From the NCBI GenBank assembly GCA_903940125.1, contig CAJAJL010000059.1:58935-122934 (forward strand): DNA of 64,000 bases. Direction: 5' to 3'. Positions 47,923 to 59,558 of the stretch are shown here, in pieces. The stretch's first letter is position 1; the number at the start of each line of letters is the position of its first letter. The notes under the pieces were generated by a model, which saw only the letters and a program-made list of their open reading frames with translations, was not told the DNA's origin and ran no database searches. The position numbers and the translations under genes were made by a program. The stretch comes from an uncultured Chlorobiaceae bacterium (GTDB lineage Bacteria > Bacteroidota > Chlorobiia > Chlorobiales > Chlorobiaceae).

Positions 47923-48402
47923 ATGATGATAACTGCGCTGCTTATCGTTATTGTTGTCTTGCTTATCGGCATACTTGGATTGATGCTGACTGGCTGGCCG
48001 GGCAGAGAACGAAAGGAGATTGAAAAGACAGGACAGGATCTCCGCAGGGAGCTTGCCCAGCATCGGGCTGATTCTGTTCAGCTTCTCCATGCCATGCGTA
48101 TTGAGCTGGAGGAATCAGTCAGGGAAACGCTTGAGCAGCAATTTGAAGCGCTTGAAAAGATGAAAAAGCGTACTTCTGCCCGACAGAAAAAAACATCAAC
48201 CACTCAGGGTATACCTTCAAAACAGGAAGATGAGGAAAATGAAGGTGTTGAGCTATCGGAGAAGGAACGGCAGTTGCCGCTTTTTCAGGAAAAAAAAATC
48301 CTGGAAGAGACTGTGTATATCGAAAGTCAATACTTTGCGGATGATGACCTTCCAGACATAGAGGAGGAGTTGAGTGATTTGGAAAAAGAACAAAAAAAGT
48401 AA
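47923..48402 (+). CDS. Hypothetical membrane-anchored coiled-coil protein
   Basis: N-terminal TM followed by a charged helix. Confidence 0.65.
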   Translation: MMITALLIVIVVLLIGILGLMLTGWPGRERKEIEKTGQDLRRELAQHRADSVQLLHAMRIELEESVRETLEQQFEALEKMKKRTSARQKKTSTTQGIPSKQEDEENEGVELSEKERQLPLFQEKKILEETVYIESQYFADDDLPDIEEELSDLEKEQKK

Positions 48403-48415
48403 ATGAGGATGCCGG

Positions 48416-49156
48416 TTACTGAAGTGCTTCGGCAATAGCTTTTGCAAAACATGAAGCATTGAAATCTGCCGGAATAACATCAACCTTAATGCCCAATTTT
48501 TCGAGTGCGGTTGCGGTTGTTGTACCTATTGCAGCAATCTTCACACCAGCAGGAACAGCTGTGGTGCCGATGGCTTCAAAAAAATTAACAGCAGTCGATG
48601 GACTGGTAAATGAAAGACAGGAAAGTTCTCCCTGTTCAAGCATTGTTTTAACGTTAGCACTCTTTTCAAGAGAGGGTGGCAGGTTTTCGTATACCGTCAG
48701 TTCCAGACATGACCCTCCCCTTTTGTTGATGACGTCAGGAATGGTTCCAAGTGAAAGAGTTCCTTTGATAAAAAGAAAGGTATGACCAGCAAGAACGTCA
48801 TTACCAATCTCCTCCATCAGGGTAACGGCATCTGCAATTTTAGGTATCGGCTCAGTGGTGACACCATGCGCCGCCAGATCCTGAGCTGTTGTTTTTCCTA
48901 TAGCCCATACCTTGAGCTTTTGAAGGCTGGACAGTTCTTCCGGAGACTCACTCAGCAACTGTTCCATAAAAAAGCTGACACTGTTCGGACTTGTAAAGAA
49001 GACACCATCAAAACCGCTCAGTGAAGGGACATTCCAGCCGGAAACCGGCCTGATCTCGATTGTCGGAAAGACAAAAGAGCTCAGACCATATTGTTCCAGT
49101 TCTTTTACAAATGAAGCTGCCTGATGTTTCGGACGAGTGACAAGGACAGTTTTCAT
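48416..49156 (-). CDS. hemD: Uroporphyrinogen-III synthase
   Basis: VLVTRP, FTSPNSV, AIGKTTA, FTSPSTA; follows hemC. Confidence 0.93.
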   Translation of the reverse strand: MKTVLVTRPKHQAASFVKELEQYGLSSFVFPTIEIRPVSGWNVPSLSGFDGVFFTSPNSVSFFMEQLLSESPEELSSLQKLKVWAIGKTTAQDLAAHGVTTEPIPKIADAVTLMEEIGNDVLAGHTFLFIKGTLSLGTIPDVINKRGGSCLELTVYENLPPSLEKSANVKTMLEQGELSCLSFTSPSTAVNFFEAIGTTAVPAGVKIAAIGTTTATALEKLGIKVDVIPADFNASCFAKAIAEALQ

Positions 49157-50097
49157 CAGCGGGTTTTGCGGATTTCTGACAGAATTTTTTCCGCACCCTG
49201 TTTCAGCAGCTCTTTTGCAAGAGCAATACCAACCTCTTCAGCCTGTTCAGGAGAAGTCAGACCGGTTTTTGTGATTTCATTATTCAAACCAGTTTTACCG
49301 TCGACCGAACCGACAAATGCAAGAAGTTTCAGCGTTCCGTTTTTAAACGAGGCATAAGCACCGATAGGAATCTGGCAGCCACCCTGCAGATGACGAAGCA
49401 GTGCACGTTCGGCTCTGCAACAATATTCTGTGGTGGAATGATTGAGGATTCTGACAATCTCTCTTGTCTGTTCATCATCAACACGGGTCTCAATACCGAG
49501 TGCACCTTGTCCAACGGCTGGAAGCATCACTTCGTGCGGCAGGATTTCTGAAATACGATCGCTGAAATTCAGGCGATAGACACCAGCATAAGCAAGCATC
49601 ATCGCGTCAAATTTACCTTCGTCAAACTTCTGGAACCGTGTGTTGAGATTACCTCTGATATCGCATATCTCAAAATCAGGCCGCATGCTCAACAACTGTG
49701 ACATACGACGAAGGCTGCTGGTAGCGACCTTCGCGCCTTGCGGCAGATCCTTCAGTTTTACTCCATTCTTTGAAATAATGACATCCCTGGTATCCTCGCG
49801 TTCGGTAAAGGAGGTAATCAGAAGCCCTTCGGGCGTACCTGTAGGAACATCCTTCAGACTGTGAACAGCAAGGTCAATCTCTTTGGTGATAAGATGTTTC
49901 TCAATGTCCTTGGTAAACAACCCCATATCCCCGATTTTTGAAAGGGGCGAGTCGAGAAGCACATCACCGGTTGTTTTAACCAGTTTGAGTGTGATTTCAA
50001 GCTCAGGGAAATGCCTGGAAAGTTCCGTTTTGGTGAATTCTGCCTGCCACAAAGCGAGGGGGCTGGATCTTGTGCCGATGATGAGCTTTTTTTTCAA
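49156..50097 (-). CDS. hemC: Hydroxymethylbilane synthase
   Basis: [42 protein letters not shown]. Confidence 0.97.
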   Translation of the reverse strand: MKKKLIIGTRSSPLALWQAEFTKTELSRHFPELEITLKLVKTTGDVLLDSPLSKIGDMGLFTKDIEKHLITKEIDLAVHSLKDVPTGTPEGLLITSFTEREDTRDVIISKNGVKLKDLPQGAKVATSSLRRMSQLLSMRPDFEICDIRGNLNTRFQKFDEGKFDAMMLAYAGVYRLNFSDRISEILPHEVMLPAVGQGALGIETRVDDEQTREIVRILNHSTTEYCCRAERALLRHLQGGCQIPIGAYASFKNGTLKLLAFVGSVDGKTGLNNEITKTGLTSPEQAEEVGIALAKELLKQGAEKILSEIRKTR

Positions 50098-50115
50098 TGC
50101 AATTACAGATTTTAT

Positions 50116-51393
50116 TTAGTGTGACTGATTTGGTTCTTCAAGATCAAATACGTTGCGTACAAGATTGACTCTGTTCGGAATTGAGTTCGTTGTATCAATT
50201 GGGGCTTTGAGCATTTTGATAGGGTGATGCAGGATTTTCTTCAGGATCCTGTCCGTAAGGTGTTCCATTCTTGCGAGTTCCTCCTCGCTGACCTTGTAAC
50301 GATATCGTTCAATCTCTTTTTCCTTGATTTCAATGAACTTCGATTGAAGATCAACAATAGTAGGACGGACTTTCAGGGTATTGATCCATTGCCCGAAAGC
50401 CACAAGCTCCTCTTCGATGATGGCATTGACTTTTGGAAGTTCAGCGCTGCGACGTTCAAGGTTTTTGTCAATGATATGCTTAAGAGCGTCAATGTCCTTA
50501 AGAAACATGTTCTGCAGTCTGGCAATACCGGGATCGACATTTCTCGGTAATCCAAGATCAAGAATAATGACCGGTTTCAGTTTTCGCCTGAGCATGCTGT
50601 GATGCATTTCAGTCTCATTTATCACATACTCTTTCGTACTGACCGCAGTGATGATAATATCAAACTCGTGCAGATGATCCTTGAAAGATTCAAAGGGAAT
50701 GACTTGTTTGGTGCCTAAGTCTTCTGAGAGGGTTTCTGCTTTGGAAAGTGTTCTGTTGGTGATAACAATATTGCGGGCGTTTTTCTGAAACATGTGCTTT
50801 GCAGCCAGTTCACCGGTTTCTCCGGCTCCGACTAGCAGAATCTTCTTTAAGGAAAGATTCGAAAAAATCTTCTGGGCAAGTTCAACGGCCGCATAGCTGA
50901 CCGAAACCGCACCCTCCATGATTTTAGTTTTTGTTTTGACCTTCTTGGCAACACTGAATGCCGTGTGGCAGAGACGGGTAAGGAGAATACCTGCCGACTG
51001 GGTTTCGGCTGCAATTCTATAGGCATTTTTAACCTGACCGAGAATTTGTCCTTCACCGAGAACAAGCGAATCAATCGCGCTTGCAACTTCAAAAATATGA
51101 CGTGCTGTACCGCAGTAAAAACGGTTAAAGAAATGTTCAGGTCGTACCTCCTTGCGTGCATCCTTGAAAGAGATAAGATACTCCTTGAGGAACTCACCTG
51201 TAACTTCGTGCATCGCAGGCACAACATAGAGTTCAGTGCGGTTACAGGTGGAAATTACCATGGCTTCATGGGCAAGTCCGCTTGAAATAAGACCGGTAAT
51301 GAACTCCTTGTTTTGAACTTCTGAAAGGGAGATTCTTTCGCGGATTTCAATAGGTGCTGTCTTGTGGTTGACACCAACTGAAATGATGTTCAT
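50116..51393 (-). CDS. hemA: Glutamyl-tRNA reductase
   Basis: [42 protein letters not shown]. Confidence 0.97.
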   Translation of the reverse strand: MNIISVGVNHKTAPIEIRERISLSEVQNKEFITGLISSGLAHEAMVISTCNRTELYVVPAMHEVTGEFLKEYLISFKDARKEVRPEHFFNRFYCGTARHIFEVASAIDSLVLGEGQILGQVKNAYRIAAETQSAGILLTRLCHTAFSVAKKVKTKTKIMEGAVSVSYAAVELAQKIFSNLSLKKILLVGAGETGELAAKHMFQKNARNIVITNRTLSKAETLSEDLGTKQVIPFESFKDHLHEFDIIITAVSTKEYVINETEMHHSMLRRKLKPVIILDLGLPRNVDPGIARLQNMFLKDIDALKHIIDKNLERRSAELPKVNAIIEEELVAFGQWINTLKVRPTIVDLQSKFIEIKEKEIERYRYKVSEEELARMEHLTDRILKKILHHPIKMLKAPIDTTNSIPNRVNLVRNVFDLEEPNQSH

Positions 51394-51508
51394 AGCAGGT
51401 TTGTTTAAATGAGCTGTTTATGTACGATGCTGATGAGCTACGGTATCCAGAACAAAGCAATGAGCCTAAATATATCGTAAAAGCCCATATTTTCAAAAAC
51501 AACTAATA

Positions 51509-52357
51509 TTATAGACTCAGCTTATGGAATGTCGGCGAAAAAAACGTCATCAGAACAATCAACAGGGTGATAAAAACGAACAGTACAATGAAAAGATAGG
51601 CCATATGTTTTATGTCCCAGCCGATTATCGGTTTGATAAAGATACTTGTTCCGTAAAGCATCCATATAATGATCAGCGTAACAAGTTTTGGCTCAAGCAG
51701 ACTTATGGCCTGACCTGAAGCATGCTGCTCCATGAACCCGGCAAAAAGAGTAATTGAGAGAAAAAGAAACCCGAACGAGACGGCATGCATTGTGAGCTTT
51801 TCAAGCACTTCAAGGTTCGGGAGACGCTGAAAGAGCAATTCAAAGCGGTTTTGCTCTATCTGACGGAAAAGCAGCAGATAGAGAATGCTGTACAGGCCTG
51901 CGATTGCTATAGCGCTGAATCCGAAAATTGAAGCAATCAGGTGTACCCCCATGCCGATACCGTTGAACGTCCCAACACCTGTATTTGGAAGCTGGGCTGT
52001 CAGAATTGAAGAGATAAGCTGAGCTCCGGCGGCGAAGGCAATAACAAAAAAACCTGTTTTGTCGCTCTTTGTCGTAAACTCAATGAAAAGATAGGTAATG
52101 GTCAACGTGAGCGCGACCATGGTCATGAGATTGACTGTCGAATAGCTGATTTTGTACCCTTCCAGGGAGGTCAACAACCCAAGGTAAACCACATGGGTGA
52201 GAACAGTGAGAGCAAGAAGCGGTTGTTTATATGTTTTGGCATACTGGATATCCTTGAAAAAATGGGCTCCATACAGAAATGTTGTCGACAGGTAAAGCAA
52301 TGAAACCACTTGATTAAGGACAAGTAATGGCAAATTATTGAATAATATATTGTTCAT
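51509..52357 (-). CDS. CcsA/HemX-family cytochrome c assembly membrane protein
   Basis: Multiple TMs, GVHL, LP.LEVLEK, EPKL...IWMLY; upstream of hemA. Start reassigned to ATG at 52357. Confidence 0.75.
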   Translation of the reverse strand: MNNILFNNLPLLVLNQVVSLLYLSTTFLYGAHFFKDIQYAKTYKQPLLALTVLTHVVYLGLLTSLEGYKISYSTVNLMTMVALTLTITYLFIEFTTKSDKTGFFVIAFAAGAQLISSILTAQLPNTGVGTFNGIGMGVHLIASIFGFSAIAIAGLYSILYLLLFRQIEQNRFELLFQRLPNLEVLEKLTMHAVSFGFLFLSITLFAGFMEQHASGQAISLLEPKLVTLIIIWMLYGTSIFIKPIIGWDIKHMAYLFIVLFVFITLLIVLMTFFSPTFHKLSL

Positions 52358-52530
52358 TGTCCAGGAGATAGAGATGGAGTGAATGGCGTTAGAATGAATT
52401 CTTTGTTCTCTAATATTGTTGTTATTCAGACTGCTATATGCAGAGACAAAGATTGTGCCATAATTACAAATAAAAATGTATATTCGGGCCCATACGGGGT
52501 ACAAATATACTTTATTTACAAGGAAAAAAG

Positions 52531-54357
52531 ATGAGATCGACCAAGAATATTAGAAATATAGCCATTATCGCGCACGTTGATCATGGAAAAACAACGCTTG
52601 TGGATTCTATTTTTCAGAAGACCGGTGCCTTCAGAGAGAATCAGCAGGTAAATGTAAGGGTACTTGATTCAAATCCTCAGGAAAGAGAGAGGGGCATCAC
52701 CATATTTTCGAAAAACGCGGCAGCAGTTTATAACGATCATAAAATTAATATTGTCGATACGCCGGGTCATGCCGACTTCGGTGGTGAAGTAGAACGTATT
52801 CTTCAGATGGTTGATGGTGTACTGCTCCTTGTAGATGCATTTGAAGGCCCCATGCCGCAGACCAAGTTTGTTCTGCGTAAAGCCCTTGAACTGCATTTGA
52901 AGCCTATTGTTGTTATTAACAAAATTGATCGTCCCCAGTCGGATCCGGTCAAGGTTCACGATCAGGTTCTTGATCTGTTCATAGCGCTTGGCGCCGAGGA
53001 GCATCAGCTTGACTTTCCCTATATCTTTACTTCAGCGAAAAATGGTGTTGCCAAATACAGCATGGAAGACGAGGACGGCGATATGAGCCTTCTGCTCGAC
53101 ATGATTGTCAAGGAGATACCTCCACCGGTTGCTCATGACGAAGGTGGATTCCAGATGCTGGTGACCACTCTTGATTACAGCGATTATATCGGCAAGATAG
53201 CCATCGGCCGTATTCAGCGCGGCAAGGTCAGCCCAGGCAGTCAGCTTGCAGTAGTAGGACCTGATGGTGTGATGGGCAAGGGAACTGTAACCAAGGTTTT
53301 TCTCTTCGACAAGCTCCAGAGGATCGAATCAAAAGAGGCGACTTCGGGTGACATTATTGCCATTGCAGGTATACCTGATGCCACAGTCGGCATGACACTT
53401 GCTTCTGTTGACGACCCTGTCTCGCTTGCGTCTTTCGACATCAGCAAGCCGACACTCTCCATGCTTTTTTCCGTCAATGACTCCCCTTTTGCCGGTCTTG
53501 AGGGCAAGGAGGTCACCAGCCGCAAGATTCGTGAAAGGCTGATGAAGGAGAAAATGACCAATGTAGCCCTCAATGTTGAGGAAACAGACAGTGCCGATAC
53601 CTTTCGTGTTTCAGGACGCGGAGAACTTCATCTTTCAGTGTTGATTGAAACCATGAGGCGCGAAGGTTTCGAAGTTGCCATTGCAAGACCTGAAGTTATC
53701 ATGCACAATGATGAGGACGGTAACCTGCTTGAGCCGATTGAGCATGTCACCATTGATATTCCTGAGGAGTATACCGGTGTCATTATTGAAAAGATGGGTC
53801 GCAGAAAAGCTGAAATGACTCATATGGGCACCTTACGCGGAGGAATGGTCAGGGTTGAATTTGAAATTCCGACAAGAGGTCTTATTGGTTACAACCTTGA
53901 GTTTACTACCGATACCAAAGGCGAGGGCATCATGTCGCATGTATTCTTTGAATACCAGCCTTTCAAGGGTAAACTGCCCTCAAGAGAGAGTGGCGCACTT
54001 GTTGTTGCTGAAACAGGAACGTGTGTTGCATACTCACTCAGCGCCCTTGAAGATCGCGGCACTTTTTTTGTTTCACCAAACACCAAGGTTTATGCAGGTA
54101 TGATTGTTGGCGAGTCGACAAGAGGACTGGATATTACCATCAATGTCTGCAAGACAAAAAAACTCAGCAACATGCGCTCTTCAGGAACTGACGAGTCGCT
54201 TCGCCTGACTCCTCCAAAAATTCTTTCACTTGAACAGGCGCTTGAGTTTATCAATGATGATGAGCTTCTCGAGGTAACTCCACAGAGCATCCGACTACGG
54301 AAGAAGATTCTTGATGCAAACCTCAGGCAGAAGGCAACAAAAAAAGCAAACGCTTAA
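52531..54357 (+). CDS. typA: Translational GTPase TypA/BipA
   Basis: [43 protein letters not shown]. Confidence 0.97.
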   Translation: MRSTKNIRNIAIIAHVDHGKTTLVDSIFQKTGAFRENQQVNVRVLDSNPQERERGITIFSKNAAAVYNDHKINIVDTPGHADFGGEVERILQMVDGVLLLVDAFEGPMPQTKFVLRKALELHLKPIVVINKIDRPQSDPVKVHDQVLDLFIALGAEEHQLDFPYIFTSAKNGVAKYSMEDEDGDMSLLLDMIVKEIPPPVAHDEGGFQMLVTTLDYSDYIGKIAIGRIQRGKVSPGSQLAVVGPDGVMGKGTVTKVFLFDKLQRIESKEATSGDIIAIAGIPDATVGMTLASVDDPVSLASFDISKPTLSMLFSVNDSPFAGLEGKEVTSRKIRERLMKEKMTNVALNVEETDSADTFRVSGRGELHLSVLIETMRREGFEVAIARPEVIMHNDEDGNLLEPIEHVTIDIPEEYTGVIIEKMGRRKAEMTHMGTLRGGMVRVEFEIPTRGLIGYNLEFTTDTKGEGIMSHVFFEYQPFKGKLPSRESGALVVAETGTCVAYSLSALEDRGTFFVSPNTKVYAGMIVGESTRGLDITINVCKTKKLSNMRSSGTDESLRLTPPKILSLEQALEFINDDELLEVTPQSIRLRKKILDANLRQKATKKANA

Positions 54358-55466
54358 TTTTCGAAGAAAAGTCTTGTCAGTTGTATCCGGGCACTGGAAA
54401 ACAGTTCCCGGACAGCTGATTCCTCTCTGTGTGTCAGTTCAGCAACCTCGTTGAAGCCTCTCTTTTCCTGCTCAACCATCCGGTATACCTCTTTTTCCGC
54501 AGCGGAAAGCTTTTCAATACACCTGGTCAACTTCAGGTTGTCACTTTCGACGGTTGTGTTTTCTCTTCTCTGCCCGGAAGCCGAAGAAATCTTTTTTCGT
54601 CCAAAAAGCTCCTCAGCAGTAGCAGGTAGCGGCGCATCATCACTGACATCGCCGAAAAGCCGGACAAAACCCATAAAATCAAGCCCCCCGGCTTTGCATG
54701 GTGTGATTTTATCATCAACAATATCGAGTGCAAGTCGCTGAAATTTATCACGGATTTCAGGCAGTCTGACCGCAAAGTCAAAACTGTCATCCTTGTCGCG
54801 TGCCTCCGCGTTATAAGGCACGTTCATGAGCACCGTGATGCCCGCCGCTTCAGCATATTTTTCGGCAATGCCGCTTCCGTCATCGCGGTTGATGATCAGT
54901 CCAAGCAGCCGGGATTTTCCCCCTATGGTTCTGAAGTAGTTGTTTGCCTGACAGATGTTGTTTGCAGTAAAAATGGACTGCCGGTCATTGTTGGTGACAA
55001 GAATAACCTCTTCACTGAGTGACCGGGCAAGCGGTGTAGCAAAGCCTCCGCAGACAACATCTCCCAGAAAGTCCATCAGGATGATGTCGATATCCCATTT
55101 GAAGATTCCAAGTTTTTCAAGAACATCGAATCCCGAAATTATCCCCCTGCCTCCGCATCCTCTGCCAACCTGAGGTCCGCCAAGCTCTATACCGTATATC
55201 GGCTTGGGAAAATCTGCTATATCTCTGCGGAAGACTATATCGCTGATTGAAACTTGCTGGTTCAGCGCGTTTTTTTCAGAAAAAATATCTGTCACCGTAG
55301 GTAACGGTATACCACCGAAGAGAGATGTGGTAGAGTCATGTTTCGGATCACATCCCAATTGCAGCACCCGTTTGTTCATCAAGGCGAAGGTGGCACTGAG
55401 ATTGGTTGTCGTAAAGCTCTTGCCTATTCCGCCCTTTCCGTAAATAGCTATTGTTCTTGCTGCCAT
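54354..55466 (-). CDS. bchX: Chlorophyllide a reductase iron protein subunit X
   Basis: GKGGIGKS, GCDPKHDST, GGPQVGRGCGGRG, DFLGDVVCGGF; clustered with bchC and bchF. Confidence 0.93.
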   Translation of the reverse strand: MAARTIAIYGKGGIGKSFTTTNLSATFALMNKRVLQLGCDPKHDSTTSLFGGIPLPTVTDIFSEKNALNQQVSISDIVFRRDIADFPKPIYGIELGGPQVGRGCGGRGIISGFDVLEKLGIFKWDIDIILMDFLGDVVCGGFATPLARSLSEEVILVTNNDRQSIFTANNICQANNYFRTIGGKSRLLGLIINRDDGSGIAEKYAEAAGITVLMNVPYNAEARDKDDSFDFAVRLPEIRDKFQRLALDIVDDKITPCKAGGLDFMGFVRLFGDVSDDAPLPATAEELFGRKKISSASGQRRENTTVESDNLKLTRCIEKLSAAEKEVYRMVEQEKRGFNEVAELTHREESAVRELFSSARIQLTRLFFEN

Positions 55467-55491
55467 TCAGATACTGCTTATAATTATCCAG

Positions 55492-56481
55492 TTATCGGCA
55501 CGCGTTATCATTCTGCTCAGTACTGGTTTTCCAGAGCAGAATCATTTTCAGGCAGTCAGGATCGTTGAATGCCTGCAGGTAGGCTGAAGAGATATCATCC
55601 TCAACCGTATGTTGATGGGTAAAAATCCGTTCGGCATTAAGTTTGTGCTGTGCGATAAGTTCCCTTACACGCTCAAGATCGCCCTTGGCCCACTGCTTTG
55701 CGGCAATGAATGAAAGTTCTTTCTGAAAAGCCTGTGAGTAGTCTATGTTTATTCTCTGGTAATAACCTCCAAGAAGCACAACCCCATGAAACTTCAAAAA
55801 CCTGAGTCCGGTATCAATAGCACTCATTATGCCGGTGCTGTCAATCAAAACGTCAAATTCGTATCCGGCAAGTGCCGCCGACACATCGTCTGTATCAGGG
55901 TTAACCCTCAGATCGGCAGATGAATAGTTCAGTCTGTTTTTTTGTGTGTCAGTTGCAGCAACCAATGTTGCACCCATGAGCCTGGCCAATTCAACAGCGA
56001 GTATGCCAACCGCTCCCTGACCGAGTACCAGCACCTTCCTGTTATTAACCTGAGCAAGATCAACTATATGCAGAGCTGTCGCTCCCAGAGGCAGGGCGAT
56101 GCCGCATTCCGGATTGTCGAGATTGTCAAGCAAGGTAATGCTTTCGACCGGGCAAACAATATATTCCGAAGCTCCACCGAAAGCAGCATTAACTCCCTCA
56201 TAACCGAAAGAGCCAGCAACATAGGCAAATTTGCCGATAAGACTCTGGTTGACATGATCACCGACCTCGATAATTTTTCCAACACTTTCATAACCGGGAA
56301 TAAAAGGAAATATAAATGGCCAAGCAGGGATCAACCCGTTATAGGCCATTTTTTCAGTACCGGTACTGATTGACGACCAGTATGTTTCAACAAGGACGTC
56401 TGTTGACGAAAGGGATTTCAGGGAAACTTCACAGAGCTCTATCTGCCTGACACCTCTGAAGACAATAGCTTTTGCTTTCAT
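55492..56481 (-). CDS. bchC: Bacteriochlorophyllide 3-hydroxyethyl dehydrogenase
   Basis: MDR fold: WSSISTGTE, PGYESVG, GQGAVG; adjacent to bchF. Confidence 0.92.
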   Translation of the reverse strand: MKAKAIVFRGVRQIELCEVSLKSLSSTDVLVETYWSSISTGTEKMAYNGLIPAWPFIFPFIPGYESVGKIIEVGDHVNQSLIGKFAYVAGSFGYEGVNAAFGGASEYIVCPVESITLLDNLDNPECGIALPLGATALHIVDLAQVNNRKVLVLGQGAVGILAVELARLMGATLVAATDTQKNRLNYSSADLRVNPDTDDVSAALAGYEFDVLIDSTGIMSAIDTGLRFLKFHGVVLLGGYYQRINIDYSQAFQKELSFIAAKQWAKGDLERVRELIAQHKLNAERIFTHQHTVEDDISSAYLQAFNDPDCLKMILLWKTSTEQNDNACR

Positions 56482-56502
56482 AACGTTTTTTTACGAGGTT
56501 GC

Positions 56503-56976
56503 TCAGGTCGCCTGACGCTGTTTCAGCTTTTTTTCATTGTGCTTTTCAAGCAGCAGACGGATGACGAATTGCGCGGCATTGATGAGATAACTGAGATAGG
56601 CAAGCAGAGCTGTTCTGATAAGAATGGTTTCATCAAGTCCTAAAAAAAACAGGATAAAATACGATATATGGACAACCATGGCTATGGCACTCCCGAAATC
56701 TTCCCAAAAAAATTCCGGGGCAAAAGCAAAAGCGCCGAAAACCTCTTTTTCAAACAATCCCCCCGTTATAAAAATTAAAAACAGCATGAGCGTTTTCAGT
56801 ATCACAAAAAAAGTGATCCAGTAGAAATTGTCGATCCAGATGTGTGACTGGTAGAGATAGGTAACGGTAACGCCGACAAGAAACATCAGGAATTGTATCG
56901 GTGCCAGGATTCCCTGTACTTTTGTCCAGACTGATGCATTTCTTCTTTCAAGCTGTTCAGGTGTGTAACGGGGCAT
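56503..56976 (-). CDS. bchF: 3-vinyl bacteriochlorophyllide hydratase
   Basis: YTPEQLERRNASVWT.VQGILAP.QF, FAPEFFWED, INAAQF. Confidence 0.95.
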   Translation of the reverse strand: MPRYTPEQLERRNASVWTKVQGILAPIQFLMFLVGVTVTYLYQSHIWIDNFYWITFFVILKTLMLFLIFITGGLFEKEVFGAFAFAPEFFWEDFGSAIAMVVHISYFILFFLGLDETILIRTALLAYLSYLINAAQFVIRLLLEKHNEKKLKQRQAT

Positions 56977-57099
56977 AAAACAATAAGTTCACTGGTGAAG
57001 TCAGAAATTCTCTACAAACTTTTCAGAAAAGCTGTTGAATATAGTAAAAATCGGTAGTGGCGACAAATGAAGCCTGATAAGCTCGTTGCGACTTATGCT

Positions 57100-58848
57100 T
57101 CACTGTATGCTCCAATCAAAGGCGTTGTAAAGCGTGGAGATGAGATTGACATCAGCGTTTTTGACGTGCCGGTTGAATCCTTCCAGTTCATCGTAGTAAT
57201 AGAGGAAAGTTCTCGGTTGTTCTTCGTGCAAGATTTTCTGAAAGTTTTTCCAGAGAACAAGTTTGCGCTCATCGGGAAGTGGTTTGTTGAGTTCTGTGAT
57301 AATGGAGTCGAGCTCCGGGTTTTGAAAAGCTGATGAGTTGAACTGATGTTTTGTAAAATCTGAGCCCCAGATAATAAGCTGAAATGGGAGTGTTTCAGCG
57401 GCCAATCCGGAGAGCGCTGCATCATAGCGGAATTCGTTCTGGTTTTTTAAAAAAATCAGACTCTCATCAAATTTCAGACGGCAGTCGATTCCGATTTCCC
57501 TGAGGTTCTGCTGCACGATGGTTGCGGCATAGTTGCGTCGGGGATTACCGACTGGAGCAGTAAGTTCAAACGAGAATTTTTTCCCATTTTTCTGCAGAAT
57601 TCCGTCTTTTCCAGGCTTCCAGCCGGCCTCATGCAGCAATGCAGATGCTTTTTTTGGGTTATAGCTGTAGGAATCAAGCGATGTGCTGGTCATTGCTTTG
57701 TAGGCTGGCGAAAGGGAGGTGTTAACGATGGCGGCATGCTCAGGCCCCATGAACCCATCAATAATTGATTGCCGGTCAATAGCCAGGGTAAGCGCCTGAC
57801 GCACCAACTTGCTGCCAAACAGGGCGTTTGGACGCACGCTGCCACTTTTGCGGAACTCCTCTCCATCGATATTCAGCCAGACAATGCTGTCGAAGTATCG
57901 ATTCTTTACCGGTTTGATGACAATTGAAGGGGTTGTCCTGGAAAGTTCTTTACAATCTTTTGGATTGATCCCTCCAGCTGAGATCATCACATCAATCTGC
58001 CCTGATTTCAGCATTGAAAGCCGGGTAGTGTACTCGGGCACTACAAGAAAAATCAGGGTATGTATTGAAGCTGGCTTTGGCAGTGTTGATAACGGATTTC
58101 TGACAAGCTCAAGTTTTGTCTGGCGAGTCCACTTTTTCACTTTGAACGCTCCAGCGCTCACTATTGGTATCTCTGATGCCTTGCTGCGAATCTCGTCCGG
58201 AGAAAATGACCTGAAGATATGCTCGGCCACCGGCATCAGATCGTTGAAATGATCCAGCACAATATCACTTTCCATCGGTTTGTTAAAATGCAGCACCAGC
58301 GTTGAATCGTCAGGAGTTTCGACCGCATGCTCAATATCGGCTGTTCCGTCTGCAAGCAGGAGCAGATCGTTGAGATAGTGCTGCCGGGAACTGGCAATCC
58401 CGGGGTTTTTGTATAAGCTGTAGGAGTATTTAAAATCATGTGATGTAACTTTTATCCCATCTTCCCATACCGCTCCACTCTTTAGATGAAAGGTGACTTT
58501 TTTGCCGTCTGGTGAGAACTCCCAGCTTTTTGCTGCATTGGGTAGAAAGGTTATGGTACCTTTTTTTTCGTCATATGAAGCTTTTACAAGGGCAGGATAG
58601 AGCAGCGCACAGACCTCCCGTGACATGGAAAGCTGGATAAGAAGGGGGTTCAGATAGTCGAAATCAGCAGCAATACCGGTAATAATCCGGTTGTGACGAA
58701 GTTCATCCGAGTTATTTCTGCAGGAAGAGATACCGGCAACCAGCAGCACCATTACAGCCGTAAAGAGTATGTTTCTCAGACCTAATCTTCTCACGATGGA
58801 TATGAATATAAGGATAATCAAAGAGAATAAGCTCCAAGGACTGAACAC
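57100..58848 (-). CDS. Peptide/nickel ABC transporter substrate-binding lipoprotein (SBP family 5)
   Basis: Lipobox-like GISSC, LNPLL, WEDG..VTSHD, VRQALTLAIDRQ; start uncertain. Confidence 0.88.
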   Translation of the reverse strand: MFSPWSLFSLIILIFISIVRRLGLRNILFTAVMVLLVAGISSCRNNSDELRHNRIITGIAADFDYLNPLLIQLSMSREVCALLYPALVKASYDEKKGTITFLPNAAKSWEFSPDGKKVTFHLKSGAVWEDGIKVTSHDFKYSYSLYKNPGIASSRQHYLNDLLLLADGTADIEHAVETPDDSTLVLHFNKPMESDIVLDHFNDLMPVAEHIFRSFSPDEIRSKASEIPIVSAGAFKVKKWTRQTKLELVRNPLSTLPKPASIHTLIFLVVPEYTTRLSMLKSGQIDVMISAGGINPKDCKELSRTTPSIVIKPVKNRYFDSIVWLNIDGEEFRKSGSVRPNALFGSKLVRQALTLAIDRQSIIDGFMGPEHAAIVNTSLSPAYKAMTSTSLDSYSYNPKKASALLHEAGWKPGKDGILQKNGKKFSFELTAPVGNPRRNYAATIVQQNLREIGIDCRLKFDESLIFLKNQNEFRYDAALSGLAAETLPFQLIIWGSDFTKHQFNSSAFQNPELDSIITELNKPLPDERKLVLWKNFQKILHEEQPRTFLYYYDELEGFNRHVKNADVNLISTLYNAFDWSIQ

Positions 58849-59017
58849 TATCCAAAATAAGCTTTTTCAGCGTTTTACATTCAGCTTCGCCATAATCATT
58901 CAGGGGAACAGGAATAGGGATTGAATTACAATTATTTTATTCTGATAAGGCAGCGCCGTTTTGTTACAACACTAATTTGATTATAACCACTGTAACTTGA
59001 TTACGTAAGCTAAGCTA

Positions 59018-59476
59018 CTATGCAATGCTCTTTGCCCACTTTATCAGTGAGTGCTCATCCATAGCTTCCCAGGATTTGATGTCGCTGTTGCTATATTCGT
59101 CAAGGAACTTCTGCTCGATGACAGCCTTTTCTGAGGAGAAGGTATAGGCTTCGAGGGGGGCGTTGTCATAGGGCTGGAAGGCCCAGTATTTTACCATGGG
59201 TTGGCCATTGTTAAAAAGAAAAAGCTGTTCATCGGGGGCAAGGTCGGAGTTTTCAGCGATGGTGCCACCCGCTTTGGCTATTTCTGTGATTTCAATGTTC
59301 TCAGCCTCCGAGTACTCTATTGGGCCGAGGATCGGGTCATACACTCGGAAATCGATGGTAACAAGACCGGCTTGTGTCGCTATAAAATACTGATGTCCAA
59401 ATTTCGAGTAACCTCCATCAATAAGAATGGGTTTCGGAATAGCTTTAAGGAGAGAATGTGCTGTAGCGTTGTTCAT
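59018..59476 (-). CDS. Hypothetical protein
   Basis: 152-aa ORF; no motif recognised. Confidence 0.6.
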   Translation of the reverse strand: MNNATAHSLLKAIPKPILIDGGYSKFGHQYFIATQAGLVTIDFRVYDPILGPIEYSEAENIEITEIAKAGGTIAENSDLAPDEQLFLFNNGQPMVKYWAFQPYDNAPLEAYTFSSEKAVIEQKFLDEYSNSDIKSWEAMDEHSLIKWAKSIA

Positions 59477-59558
59477 CTGTTGAGCTCAATCTGCGATTAA
59501 CGATCTAACTGTATTGCCTGCCCGGTAAAAATACGGATTTTATATTCATGGTGGTTTT

